Positions 48,286-60,300 of a DNA stretch of 64,000 nucleotides are shown piece by piece; within the stretch, counting starts at the first letter, position 1, and each line of letters starts with the position of its first letter. Where the stretch lies: positions 3,098,437 through 3,162,436 of the forward strand of contig CAJINV010000006.1 of assembly GCA_905178155.1 (NCBI GenBank). The letters run 5' to 3'. A program made the translations under genes and the position numbers. The DNA is from Amoebophrya sp. A120. Taxonomy: Eukaryota > Protista > Dinoflagellata. The notes under the pieces were generated by a model that worked only from the letters and a program-made list of their open reading frames with translations, was not told the DNA's origin and did no database searches.

Positions 48286-49652
48286 TGGGTCTTCTTCGAT
48301 GCAGTGCGTTGTTGTTCTCGGAAGTAGATCATATGCGCAAGAGAAGAGCTAAAGCTTTTATCATCTTGATATTCTCCTTCCGTCGGTACTTCTGAGGGCT
48401 TGACTGCAACAAGCTTGTTACAGACCTCAGAAAATAAGGACACGAGAGGTGGACTTGAGTTCGCTGCTCACGGCATATGAAAATCATTTTTACTGGAAGG
48501 TAAAAATGACAATGTCAATGTAGATAAGGCGAGGAAGAGAAGACAGGCACCAGCTGGTCTTTGTTCCGGTTGGGTTCCTTCAGCCGTGCTTTTCTACGAC
48601 CTGCCCAAAACAGAGTTCTAGCACTTCTAACGCCTTTGTCTTTACGGTTTATTCACTTTTTCATAATTTATTGATTCACGTTTTCGTACGATTTGTAGCT
48701 GTCATCTCTTCTTCTAGTTCTAACATGATCATGAACTCTCTTCTCCGTGCTCGGCAAGAAATCTTCATGGCATCTTGGCACTAGGAGCAGGAGAAAAAGG
48801 TTTGGCGCGATCAGCACCGGATCTCTGTTGGACGGAGACACTCTCTATACTGGTTTTACAACTTCATTCTACGATATGCACTTCTGCTGTACTAATACCA
48901 CCCCGTCCGATTTTTATCGGATTGGTGTAACACAAAAATTTGAATATGACTTCTACACGATTTGAATAATATGGACTCGCTCTACTCAAGATCAAGAACC
49001 TGAAAAAGATTTTTATTTCATCAGGTGAACTAACTCACTTTTTTTTTCTCGCAAACTTCTCTACAGTCCGCGGGCTACAAACATCTCTTTTCAAAACACG
49101 GGTGGAGCTGGTGAGCAACTCAGATGGAGGTTGAGCTGCTCGCACTTTCACTTGGCTCAACATTCACAAACTATCTAGCTCCGGAGGGGCAGGTAGTAGT
49201 TGTTGGGAGGTGCTTGTAGTTTCTTTAGGTTTTTATCAATAGCTAAGATACGGATACCGCTAGTCTGTGTAGCAGACACAGACTGCATTTGTTATAATTG
49301 TTTCGAATATTTGTATTTCATTGAGGATTCATCTACACACATTGTTTTTCAAAAAAGATTTTATTGGACAGATTTGTTACAGCAAATGTTGCGTTTCTAT
49401 TTGCGCTTCCGGTACTAAAGTCGGAGGAAGGTCAGACGAATTCTTGTATCACAAAAATCAGGAGGAAAGAATATTATTGAAAACGAAAAGTGCTGGTACT
49501 CATGCACTTATGAGGAAACAGAAAAAAGAATCCGAGATTTATTTACGAAACTACTTGGCGACAAAGGTTTGTCCTTTATTACGAAGAAAGAAATTCGGAG
49601 CGGCGAATAGCGATTTCATCTTTGAGCACGATTTTAAAAAAGACGACGGGTT

Positions 49653-50797
49653 TAAGAAAAAAACGTAAACGACCACTGATTAGCATGAAAACTACTACAA
49701 AGAAGGGGCGCATAAAAGTGGCACGCACTGAAGAAACCACAAAATGAAGACGTGCGCGGCGATATGCGAGGGGGCTGGCCGGTCGCTCGGCGCGCGGGCG
49801 CCGGGCCCCCGTGGCCCCTTCAAACTACAGCGACCGGGCATGGGCATTCGCGTTGTGGCGCGTAGTCTGGATGGATGTTGGGGCGCAGTGGTTTGCGATT
49901 GTTTTTCGCCTTTCACATTGATGGGAGGGGCGGCGCGGCCCTTGGCGCGGGCGATCGATGGCGGCGCAAAAAGGAGAAAATCGGGAAAACATTTTTGCGC
50001 GGGAGCCAGCGCGATTGGAGGCGTGGAGACTTTTTGAGAAAAATGGAACTTGGACGAGAGGGTGGAGGGACTTTTTGAAAAAAGTCCCGGCACCGCCACT
50101 CCTCTGTCGTCCAAAGTTCGCTAAAATTTTTCAGGAGGCTCCAAAGCCTCCCGCGAGCCTGCCACCTACCCACGCAACCCTGCAGGAACTGAACGGAAAA
50201 CATGGAGCGTGGCGGCACACGAAGTACCGCCACCAAATCGGCGCGCGCGCAGGCGCCTGTGATTTTTTTGAAAATTCGAAAAAGCCTGCGGCGGTTTGCA
50301 TCAGTGCGCCCCGGTGTTTGGGAGATAGGGCGCGCTCTTTCGGAGTTGGTCCCCGTTTAGCCTTCGCTACATTTGCCGCGCCGCCCGCCCTCTTGTTGCT
50401 TGGGTCTGCAGAGAGACTGGTCCGCCGATGCGCCTCCGTTCTGCGCTCGGAGTCCCGGCTTGCAGCGCATCGGAGAAGGCGGATGGCAGGCTTTCGCAGC
50501 CCAATTTGACGCCTTGCGCCCATCGATTTCGCGCTGGGATGTTGCGCGCGCGTGCCGCCAATCTGGGCACCGTTGGCACTGTCGGGGAACTGTCGCGCGA
50601 CGGTGCGCCATCTACATGTCACACTTAGACGGTAAATGTGACAGTTAGACAGGCTCAAAATGGTTCGTTTTGGTTTCGTTCTCCGTTCATAAGAAAAAAA
50701 CGTAAACGACCACTGATTAGCATGAAAACTACTACAAAGAAGGGGCCGCGCCTGAAGAAACCACAAAATGAAGACGTGCGCGGCGATATGGGAGGGG
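49653..50797. repeat. ~110-bp direct repeats flanking a GC-rich ~920-bp block
   Basis: TAAGAAAAAAACGTAAACGACCACTGATTAG...GCGGCGATATG.GAGGGG at 49653-49773 and 50690-50797. Confidence 0.85.
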
Positions 50798-50851
50798 ATT
50801 AAGGAGGCGCTCTTGAACAAATGGAGGAGGAACGGGACGACCAGCTCTTTT

Positions 50852-51131
50852 TGTCCTGAGTAAAAACGTACCCACACCATAGTTGTCATGCAGCTCTGGA
50901 TGCTTCGAATGTTTCTCATGCGGAGCCCCATGAGAAGCATTTTCTAATGCGGTTTTGAAATTTGTCATGCTCCAATCAGCACGAGATACTAGATCTGTAA
51001 TGCTGTTAAACTAGCTCAAACAGCACTACACTACGCGGACAAACTTGTCATGCCAAACAACCAAAGCTGGCTGATTTGTCTAGCAGATTCCCCATCCTGA
51101 CTCTGGTGTGGGTACGTTTTTACCCAGGATA
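50852..51131. mobile_element. Family D element, apparently intergenic
   Basis: TSD CTTTT; empty-site copy at 51201-51255. Confidence 0.88.
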
Positions 51132-51280
51132 CTTTTTGTCTCTACTTCACGTCGCTCGTACTACAGCCGCTGGATCTACATCTAGCTACTACAGCCGCAG
51201 CAGCTCTTTTTGTCTCTACTTCACGTCGCTCGTACTACAGCCGCTGGATCTACATGCGCCAATTTTTCCGCAGTCTCGGG

Positions 51281-51492
51281 GAAAAGATGGGCTTTGTTTC
51301 TGGCGGCCATTCTTTCACATGTGAAAAAATAGATTTTGTTACTGGCAGCCATTCTTTCACATGTGAAAAAATGGACTTTGTTTCTGGCGGCCATTCTTTC
51401 ACATGTGAAAGAATGAAATTTGTTCCTGGCGTCCATTTTTTCACGTGTGAAAAAGTGGGGCTTGTTCCCGGAGGTCATTCCTTCACACGAAA
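51281..51492 (+). repeat. 42-bp tandem repeat x5 with palindrome TTTCACATGTGAAA
   Basis: Units are contiguous, with no spacers. Confidence 0.88.
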
Positions 51493-54321
51493 AACGAGAC
51501 GTGAGGCCTGTCGCTACTGGCAACTATTTTGTCGGATGCGGATGGGCGCGCTCTCTTTCTGGCGACTATTTCCCCACATGTGAAAAAATGAGCGCGCTTT
51601 CTGGAGGGCATGTTCAGTGAGTGAACAGCTTTGCCTTCTTGCCAGCTCCCGCCTTCTCAGATTTAAGTCGTGCGCCTTTTTTCTGTCGTCGATTTTTCCA
51701 CGGCCATCCATATACGGAAATGGGCGCTCTCTCTGGGGCGCACTCTTTCACATGCGGGGACATGCAGTCTCCTCCTGCCGCTGATTTTTGACACTCCTGT
51801 GGGCGGCCCTTCTATTTATTCTGAGCGTCTGGCCCGATCCTTGCCGGCGCCGACTTTGAGGCGCCGCAGTTCTTGCCGCGCAGGTGTCTCATCGTCATAA
51901 ATGTTGGGCGGGAAAAGGAAAATCGCGCCACATTATTTCACCTTTTTCCCCTACAGGTAGCAATAGACCCACTTCCCTTCCAATACTTCACGTCGCTCGT
52001 ACTACAGCCGCTGGATCTACATGCTAACGGTGCTTGTAGAGACCACGGCTCAGCATTATAATATCTCTGCACCTTCGTTCCTAGAAAGTAAGAAGATGCA
52101 ACTACGACAAGAAAATAAATGCGGAAAGATGCAAATCAAAGAAATTTCTGATTTGTAGTTTAGCACATGATTCAGGTGCACTGTCTCCGGCTGCAGCAAC
52201 ACCATCAACATCAACACTTTCAAACCTTGCAGCCCCCTACTTTTCGCTAGCAAGGTCATCACTGGATCATGAAAAACGGATGTAATATCACCACTACGTA
52301 CCACGTCGGCGCAGCGCTTCTCTGCCACTAGATCTAGAATGCCGGAATAAAATACTGTAGCTGTAGTTGTCGCATTGATCTACTTCCTACTATTCGTCTC
52401 GGAACATCAATAGAGAGCCAAAATTAACTTGGTAAGAGGATTTATATCAGACGCATTTCTTGTGTGGGACAAGGAATCTTCTCAGGAGGACTCAAGGACG
52501 TGGCGTCATGAGCACAATTGGATAGTAATGCTCGCCCGCATCGATGTACTTAAAGTACATCGATGCGGGCGAGCATTATGGTACAACTTCGAAGTGTGTC
52601 TCTACTGTTTTTTCACAACTACAAGCGCTAGGAAAAAAAAAAAGAGATCCCACCTGCCAAGAAGGAAGCTCTTTAGAGTTGTCTTTATTCAGTTGTTGTA
52701 CTGTGGAATGAAGGCCATGACGAGAGAGCAGTACTACTACATGTGAAGCAGCAGTAGCTCGAATAAAATGGTCTACTCTATACAGCTTCTAGTTGTCGTG
52801 CTAGTGAAAGGAGAAGACGCAAGGCAATAAACCAGGTTTGGTAATTATAGGGCGTTGCAAATAGACGACGATCTTGCTAAGCAACCGAAAAACCATGTTG
52901 CTATCTATGGAAAAGGCGATGATCTCACGTACAAAGACAAAAATCCTTCCAGACCATCTGGACGAAGGATTGATGGAACAAAAAGCATGACAGCAAAGTG
53001 AAGATCATACACATACCTTTTTATGAACTACACGTGTATTATGTTGTACCTTTTTTTGATTTTCAAATGCATTTCTTTTTTACGAATCACGAAAAAACTA
53101 AAAAAGCTAAAAATCAAATACTCGACTTGCGAGGACCATGCGGTTGATGGTCCGCCCGCATCTTCTGCTTCGCTTGAGGATCTAGCTTTAACACTAGAGC
53201 ACTGAAAAAGATCAGAAGGGGAACAAAGTGAACCCGTCCCGTTGTTCAAAATTTTTGCGTACTAGAACTACATCAAAAGGTCGTGAAAAGATGTCCTCCG
53301 CGTTTGAGGCAGGACCACTAAGAGCTTGAATTTCAATCTTCCATAGAATTCTGTACCGATGAACAAAAAAGGTGTGTTGTAGCAAGTAGAGTGTCCTCCA
53401 CCTCGTCTTTCAGTTGACAGCTTTGATGAGGATGATCTAGTAGAAATCTTCCTATGGTGAATGTGCGAAGTCTTGTTGGCACTAAGTGGATGGACTACAA
53501 GGATGTTGTTAGTACCGAAGATCTAGGTCCTGATTATTGTTGCGTGTGAGGAGGAGCTACTAGTGTTGGCCGCTTCATTTATTTTTCTCAGTGCGCACCA
53601 AGAACACGCACAAGAGAAAAGAAGTTGCAGATTCTTGTTGTTGAGAAAGATATCTTCTAGCCTGATGCTGAGACCACGGTAATTCTTGATGTGTGCTAGT
53701 ATGTGCAGGACGACTTACATTTTCGCACGACTTTCTGTGAGTCGAGACCAAAATGAACATTGCAAGCCCAATTTGATTGTCAGCAGGAGTTGTCTCTTTG
53801 TCACAATAGTCCAGTTGTGAATCTACTGTATCTGAAGAACGCGATCGCTAACACAGCAGGCAAGTTTGAGGTTTACAGTACAGTAATTATGATGTATGGC
53901 TATGGCATACTACGCCGCTTATAGTATTTGAAATTGGAGTTTAGTTGCGATTCGTATCGCTTCTCTTTTCGCCCGGCTTCATTTTTCTGCGCGAGCTAGA
54001 GGTACTATGCAGCCTATGGTGGAAAACATAAACAGCACGTCAAAGCAACGACAATTTTACTAGTCTTGAGCAGTTCTAAGTGTAGAAATTGAAAGTGTAC
54101 GAGCCCCGAAGTATAGGAGTGCGAATGTTAACTTTGTCTGAACTTTATCGCAGCAAGCAAGAATAAATTGAAAGTAGCAGTTTTAGTGCTATTACGGTGA
54201 CAGTAAAAATAGAAGCGGTATATAATTTTTTGAAGAAGCTAAAACAGCAAGAATTCCTTCGAGTAAACATCAGCATGTCAATAAAGATAAACAAGCCCAA
54301 AAATGAAAACTAAAACCCAAG

Positions 54322-57300
54322 ATGTCAAACAGTACTGATACGCAGCAGCAAGGAGCTGCGTCCTCCTCCGTGGTCAACACCGACGGCGAAAATATGGACC
54401 AAGCCTTGCCAGAAGCCGACGATCTGCCGGGCTTAGGCGAGGATGACGTCTTAGACCCCTTTCACAAAGAATTGTATGACAACCACCGCGGCAATAAGCC
54501 GAACCACACCGCCGGGAACAGCAATGGTAATACAGCTTGTTCATCGTCCGCAGCGGCAGCCGCGTCTTCTTCCTCTTCCTCTGCCTACCACACGGCAACT
54601 ACTGGTGGTGCTGCCTCAGCGTCAGCTGCTGCTATGAACAATGCCAGTACAACTGCTTCCGGCGGTGGAACTGGATCCCAAATCCCGCAACTATCGGGTG
54701 GATTTTCTGACACCACAAATCCTGAACAGCCAGTCAATGGGCATGTGCAGCAGATCCAGAGCACCGTTCATGCGGCCCAGTTAATGGCGAATGCTGCTGC
54801 AGCCTTCATGCAGCAGCAGCAGCAGCAACAACAGCTGCATATCATGTGCAAAAGAATCGTACTCGTATTGCAATCATGCATTACGAATCTTTTTCTGAAA
54901 CTGAATCCGCATTACAAGTTTTATTTCTCATGCTGAGGAAATTTGTAATGCATTTACACGAGTGCGATACTTTTGCAATTCATACTGCAGATGCAGCAGC
55001 AACAGGAAATGCAACGCCAGTATGAGCAGCGAATGATGCAACAGCGGATTTTGGAAGGACACCAACAACAGCAGATGCAGCAACAACAGCACTTGCAGCT
55101 GATGCAGCAACAGCAGCAGCAGGCGTGGCAACTGCAGCAAATGGAACAAATGCAGCAGCCGCAGCAGCAACCCAAACAAACACTACTTCCAGAAGTACTA
55201 GCGCCAAACAATCCGAATTTACACCCGCACGTCGACACCAACGGCACGAACTACTACAAAAACGGAATTTTGTGTGCGGAATATATGGTGATTAAGGGGT
55301 ACAAATACATCCTTTGTTCGGACTTCCAAGCAGGGAACTGTCGAAAGAAAAACTGCCGGCTACTGCACGCTATGCATTGCAAAAGTATCGTCCTAGTATG
55401 AATTGCATATACAAATTTTGGTAAGAACGACCAAAATGGAATTTGTAATGCTGATTCCGGTTGGCAAAAATATTTTGCATGCACCACTGCAAGTTAATAC
55501 ACGAGCGCGATACTTTTGCAATCCATACACGCGAGCCCCGCAATTTACCCCGAGCAGCGCGATATCGAAGCGTACGACCAGTATCATACGAAGACAGGCC
55601 GCTGGCTGTATGCCAGAAAAGAGAAGCGGAAAGAGGGAGACCCAGTGGTTCTTGTTGCGCCAGGTGTGGATCAGCAACAAATTGTGGTGGGCGATCAGAA
55701 TGTAAACACAACTTCTAATCTGAACCAAACAGCTACAACGGTCGGCTGCTCTTCTACTTCTTCTTTTCCGTTTCCGCCCCCATTACAGATCCCAGCGCCA
55801 ATGATGAACAATTCGATTTTATTACCTTCTGATGTAAAGGCGGAGGACCATCAGCAGCAGGACCACCTTCGGCGCGAAAACAGTCCAGGACTGACTCCTG
55901 TTTGTCGCGATTACCTCCGGGGTACGTGCTATGGGCGTGTCAGAATCGAAATCGATATTTATAAGTTGAAATGATTTGCGATGCATGAAACGAATTTATA
56001 TCAGTCGGCGCCCAGTAGTTTTCAAGTGAGGGCCAGTCTGCCTCACCTGCCAACTCTGCAAGACAGGTATTCTGTGGGTTGCTTTTTATGCATTACAAGT
56101 TTTTCAACTTCGTCAATTTCGATCCTGACGCGGCTTTCATACGTGCCTCCGAGGGGGGCGGTGCCGGTATTACCACCCACAGGAGAAGGACAAAAGTAAG
56201 TACAATATGGACGGAAGCTATCCACAGTAAATTTCCCGTACACGGACAAATGCAGTCACTGCATGACAAAACTTGCCTTCAGTCCTAGTCTAGCATGACA
56301 AGTTGGATACTGCAAGTCAGCGAAATTATTTGTCATGTATTTTGTACATGTACAGGAAATTTACATTGCATAGAAGCCTGAAAAACCTCAACCAGGAGAG
56401 CGCAGTACTAGAGTTGCTGTCGCACGCCAACAGAACTCTGCCCGCGAACGAAGCAGGACAAGTTTCTAATGCCGCGGCCCAAGGAGAGATGGTAAACGGG
56501 GAAGGTCGAAAAATGGACGTGCTAGTGAGCAATACGACATTTTTACCCTCTACTTCGACAGCTTCCGCAAATGGTGGCTCTGCAGGACAGCTGCCCTCGT
56601 CCGCTTCATCCTCGTCTGTTGCCAGCAGCAACAGGAACAGGGGAACGATTTCGGGAAATAATCGCGACAGCGAAGAGGAGATGAACCAACAACAAATACA
56701 ACCTGAGACTGACAACTCGATGAAGATCGACGGGGCAGATGAACATTATCTCGGCACGACCACAATGATCGGCACTGCCAGTTGTAGTTCATCCACCTCC
56801 GCTGCTGGCCGCAACATCAATCGACGGCCGCTTCGAAGGCTCTCTTCCGCTTTGAAGAATCTAAACGATGATGGAGCGACTGCGAGTGGACGTGGGCCAC
56901 GGGATAAAAATAACACCAGTGATGTAGACCACGAGGACTCATCTTCTCCTATGGTCGTCTGCGAAGGTGATGATGATGAAGATCATCTTGGAACGACTTC
57001 GTCTGGCAGGAAGGATCAAAATCAAGATGAAAATGGCCAACAAGAAGAGCCCCCTGCGTTATTAACCAATGAACTGTCAACCTCCACATCTGATGGCAAC
57101 AAACCATCGGCTTTGGTGGAGCAGCAGCAAGAAGATCTGACCCGCACGACGGCCGCCAGTGGGGCGTCTGTTTTACCAGGAACAAGACCACCTGCATTGA
57201 CGACCCTTGCTTCCGTCGCCTCAGCCTCCGCTGCGGCAGGGGGCTCAACTGCTGGTGCTGCTGCTGAAGGTGGGCAAAAACCAAAGCACGGCGGCATTTA

Positions 57301-60300
57301 CAACAATGTAGGCTTTGGCACCGCAGGCAGTGGCAGCTTTCGATATGGACAAGGCTCAACATCTGCTGGAACAAGCAACAATCTGTTCCATGGCGGGGGA
57401 GGCATAGGCAACGGGAGTACTACAGGAGCATCTTCTGTGCACGACCACACCTCCTCCGCGAATGGACAGCCACAGCCCCTCCGCAGCTCCAGCGGAAATA
57501 AGAAAAACAAATTTTCGCAAAAAAAAGATGGTGGTGGTTCCAAAGACGACGACGATGATCCGCACAGAGGGTATTGCAGCGTCCACCGGAAAATGCGGTG
57601 GCACCGGCATTTGGAGTATGCATTGCAAAAGTAACGTACTAGTATAAATTGCATTACAAATTATTTTGGCAAGAAGAAAAATGGAATTTGTAATGCTGTT
57701 GTACCTTAGGAGGAAGATTCGTCATGCGTATTTGCATTTAGTACGAGTGCGATACTTTTGCACAGCATATGGAGCGGGATGGGAGAGGAGGGTATCGGTG
57801 CCGCCTATCAAATGCACAAATGTCTGGGTCTGGAAGGTCGGAACTTATGATGCTAACTTTGGACTCCAAAAAAATCTGTATTGCAAGACCAGCAAGAGGG
57901 GTCTAGTTTGTGCTACACGGTGAGGGCGTTTGTCATGCGGAGTAGGCATCAGGAACCCCTCTAAAAATCTGCGATGCTAAGCCGTGCATTACAGACATCC
58001 TGGGTCATGCGAAATCTGCATGACAAACCCGGCAAGAACATTCCAGACCCAGATATTTTTGCATTTGATATCGCCGTGGCGTGGCCAACTACTGCCGGGA
58101 CAGCAATGACGTTTCTCTCGAAGGCCGGGACGATGAGTACTTACGGCGGTGGGAACTACAACAAATTTACACAGAGTGTACTAGTACACACAGAACAATA
58201 AATAGTACAACGATGTGCAACATGGGAACAGTACTACCGCCACCGCAGCCGTTTCTTCAACAAGCACTTCCCGCGACGCTCGGTGGGCCGCCGGCGCAAA
58301 TGTACCAATTACCTCAACAACATCCACAGGGCGCGGCTCCGGTGTTTCATCCGACTAATCCCATGATGCCAGTCGGAGTTGTTCCACCAGCATCTGGAAC
58401 TACCTCAGTTGTGCCGCAGTCTACTACAACTGCGCATAATTACACCAGCATGCCAGGAGGAGTCTCGACTGCGACTCCCATGGGGCCGCCCGTTTCGGCG
58501 ATGTATAATAGCCTGTCAGTGCCACAGGCACAGCATTTTCCATCCGGATTTTTTGGTGCATCATCTTCGCAGCCGATGATGGCTCCTGGAGCGGGTTCTG
58601 TTGGAGTGATGCCCATGCAGATGCCGGCAGCCGGCGCAACGGGAACTGCAATGATGCTCCCTCAAGCACAAGCTTCTGCTACTGTGCAACAGCCTGGTGG
58701 CACCAGCTTCATGACGGCCGAACAGATGCACACGCAGCAACAGCAACCTGGTGCTTTCGTCGATCATACAGCATCTTCGGGTTTCTCTAGTGCCAACGAT
58801 CAGGCGACAAGCAGGAGCACAACTTCTCAAGAACATGGAACTACAGGCAGTGCGAAGATTATGGCCGGTGAAGGTGATATTGAACCAAGGACGAAAAGCA
58901 AAAATCTGAAAAAGAAACTAACCCTCACCGATGAGAAGCGAGCTTTGCTAGTAGAGGCTGCAAGAAAGGCTGCAATGGAGCAGACGAATGGAACAACGAC
59001 GAATGGTGCGCCTTCCTCGTCCTCCACTTCTAGTAGGAAAAGTAGGTTCGACAGGCCCCCGCCGGGTGGTGGTTCCTCCAACAGCGCAGCTTCATCTTCT
59101 ACTTCGGTTCATGATCTTCTCCGGAACAATTCTGACATTCTTCGCAAAGCTAGTGAAGAGGAATTGGAGAAGCGGAAAAGGAACGCTTTGAAAGAGAAAG
59201 CAGCGGCAGATCATATCCTGTGCAAAACTATCGTACACGTATTGCAATCATGCATTACAAATTTTTCTCTCAAGGTAAATACGCATTACAAATTTTGTTT
59301 CTCATGCTGAGGGAATTTGTCATGCATTTATACGAGTAGGAGTGCGATACTTTTGCAGTTCATAGATCATCTGATGGAAATACATCGATCTGGCACCAGC
59401 ACGAAATCCTCTGTCTTCACGGCCGTATCACAGGAAAAAGTGTTAACGTTAACGGAATTTGTGATGCAGGAGCGCATCAGAAAAGGTGCGTGAATTTGTA
59501 TTGCATAGCAAGCCCTCTAGGCAAAATTTGTCATGCATAGCTGCAATTCATTTCTATGAGTTGTCCTTGTCAGCCGTTAACGTTATACAGCACTTTTTTG
59601 TTTGATAAGCCGACCCCTCCGTGCAGACTAATTTTCCGAAGGGTATTTGCACATTCGACATCCCCTTCAGCAATCGTGGGGAAGAACAGCGGAAGTGTCA
59701 CGTCTGCTCGAAGGTTATCCTGTGCAAAAGTATCGTACTCGTTGTACTAATCGCAGTCATGCATTACAAATCTCCTTGTTAACCTAAATCCGCATTACAA
59801 GTTCCATTTTTCATGCTGTGAGAATTTGTCATGCGATTTCTACTAGTGCGATACTTTGGCAGTTCATGAAGATGAAGGTTTGTTCATTCGAGATAACAGA
59901 ATTACCGAAATGCGCGGAGTGCTTCAGACGGGTTTGTGACAATCCGGCTTGCCATATGACAGTGCACAACTCCCCCTCCCCCACATTTGCATAGCAGGAG
60001 CAGCAATACAAGCACCGGCAAGAATGTCGGTTTTGCATGACAAATTTGCACTGGATTGTAGTGCTATTCGGGCTGCCAGAACTTGTCATGCAAACAGTGC
60101 TAAGAGGCACAGCCTGGATTGGGTATTTTGCATGACAAATGAGGGGGAGGGAGAGCTGTGCACTGTGATATGCCAAGAAAAACATGTCGCGAAGTGCGGG
60201 CTTGCCCGAGCGGAAAAACGAAAGAAGGACGAGGAGCAAGGAGCAGCAGCTGGTGGTGCTTGTTCTGCAGGCTCGGGTAGTTCATCTGCTGTTTCGTCTT

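Noticed and set aside
49695-50940. Long overlapping ORFs in the GC-rich block
   Set aside because: Open on both strands because of high GC, Arg/Ala/Pro-rich, with no domain; likely spurious.
51281-51492. 42-bp palindromic repeat as CRISPR
   Set aside because: Units are contiguous, with no unique spacers.
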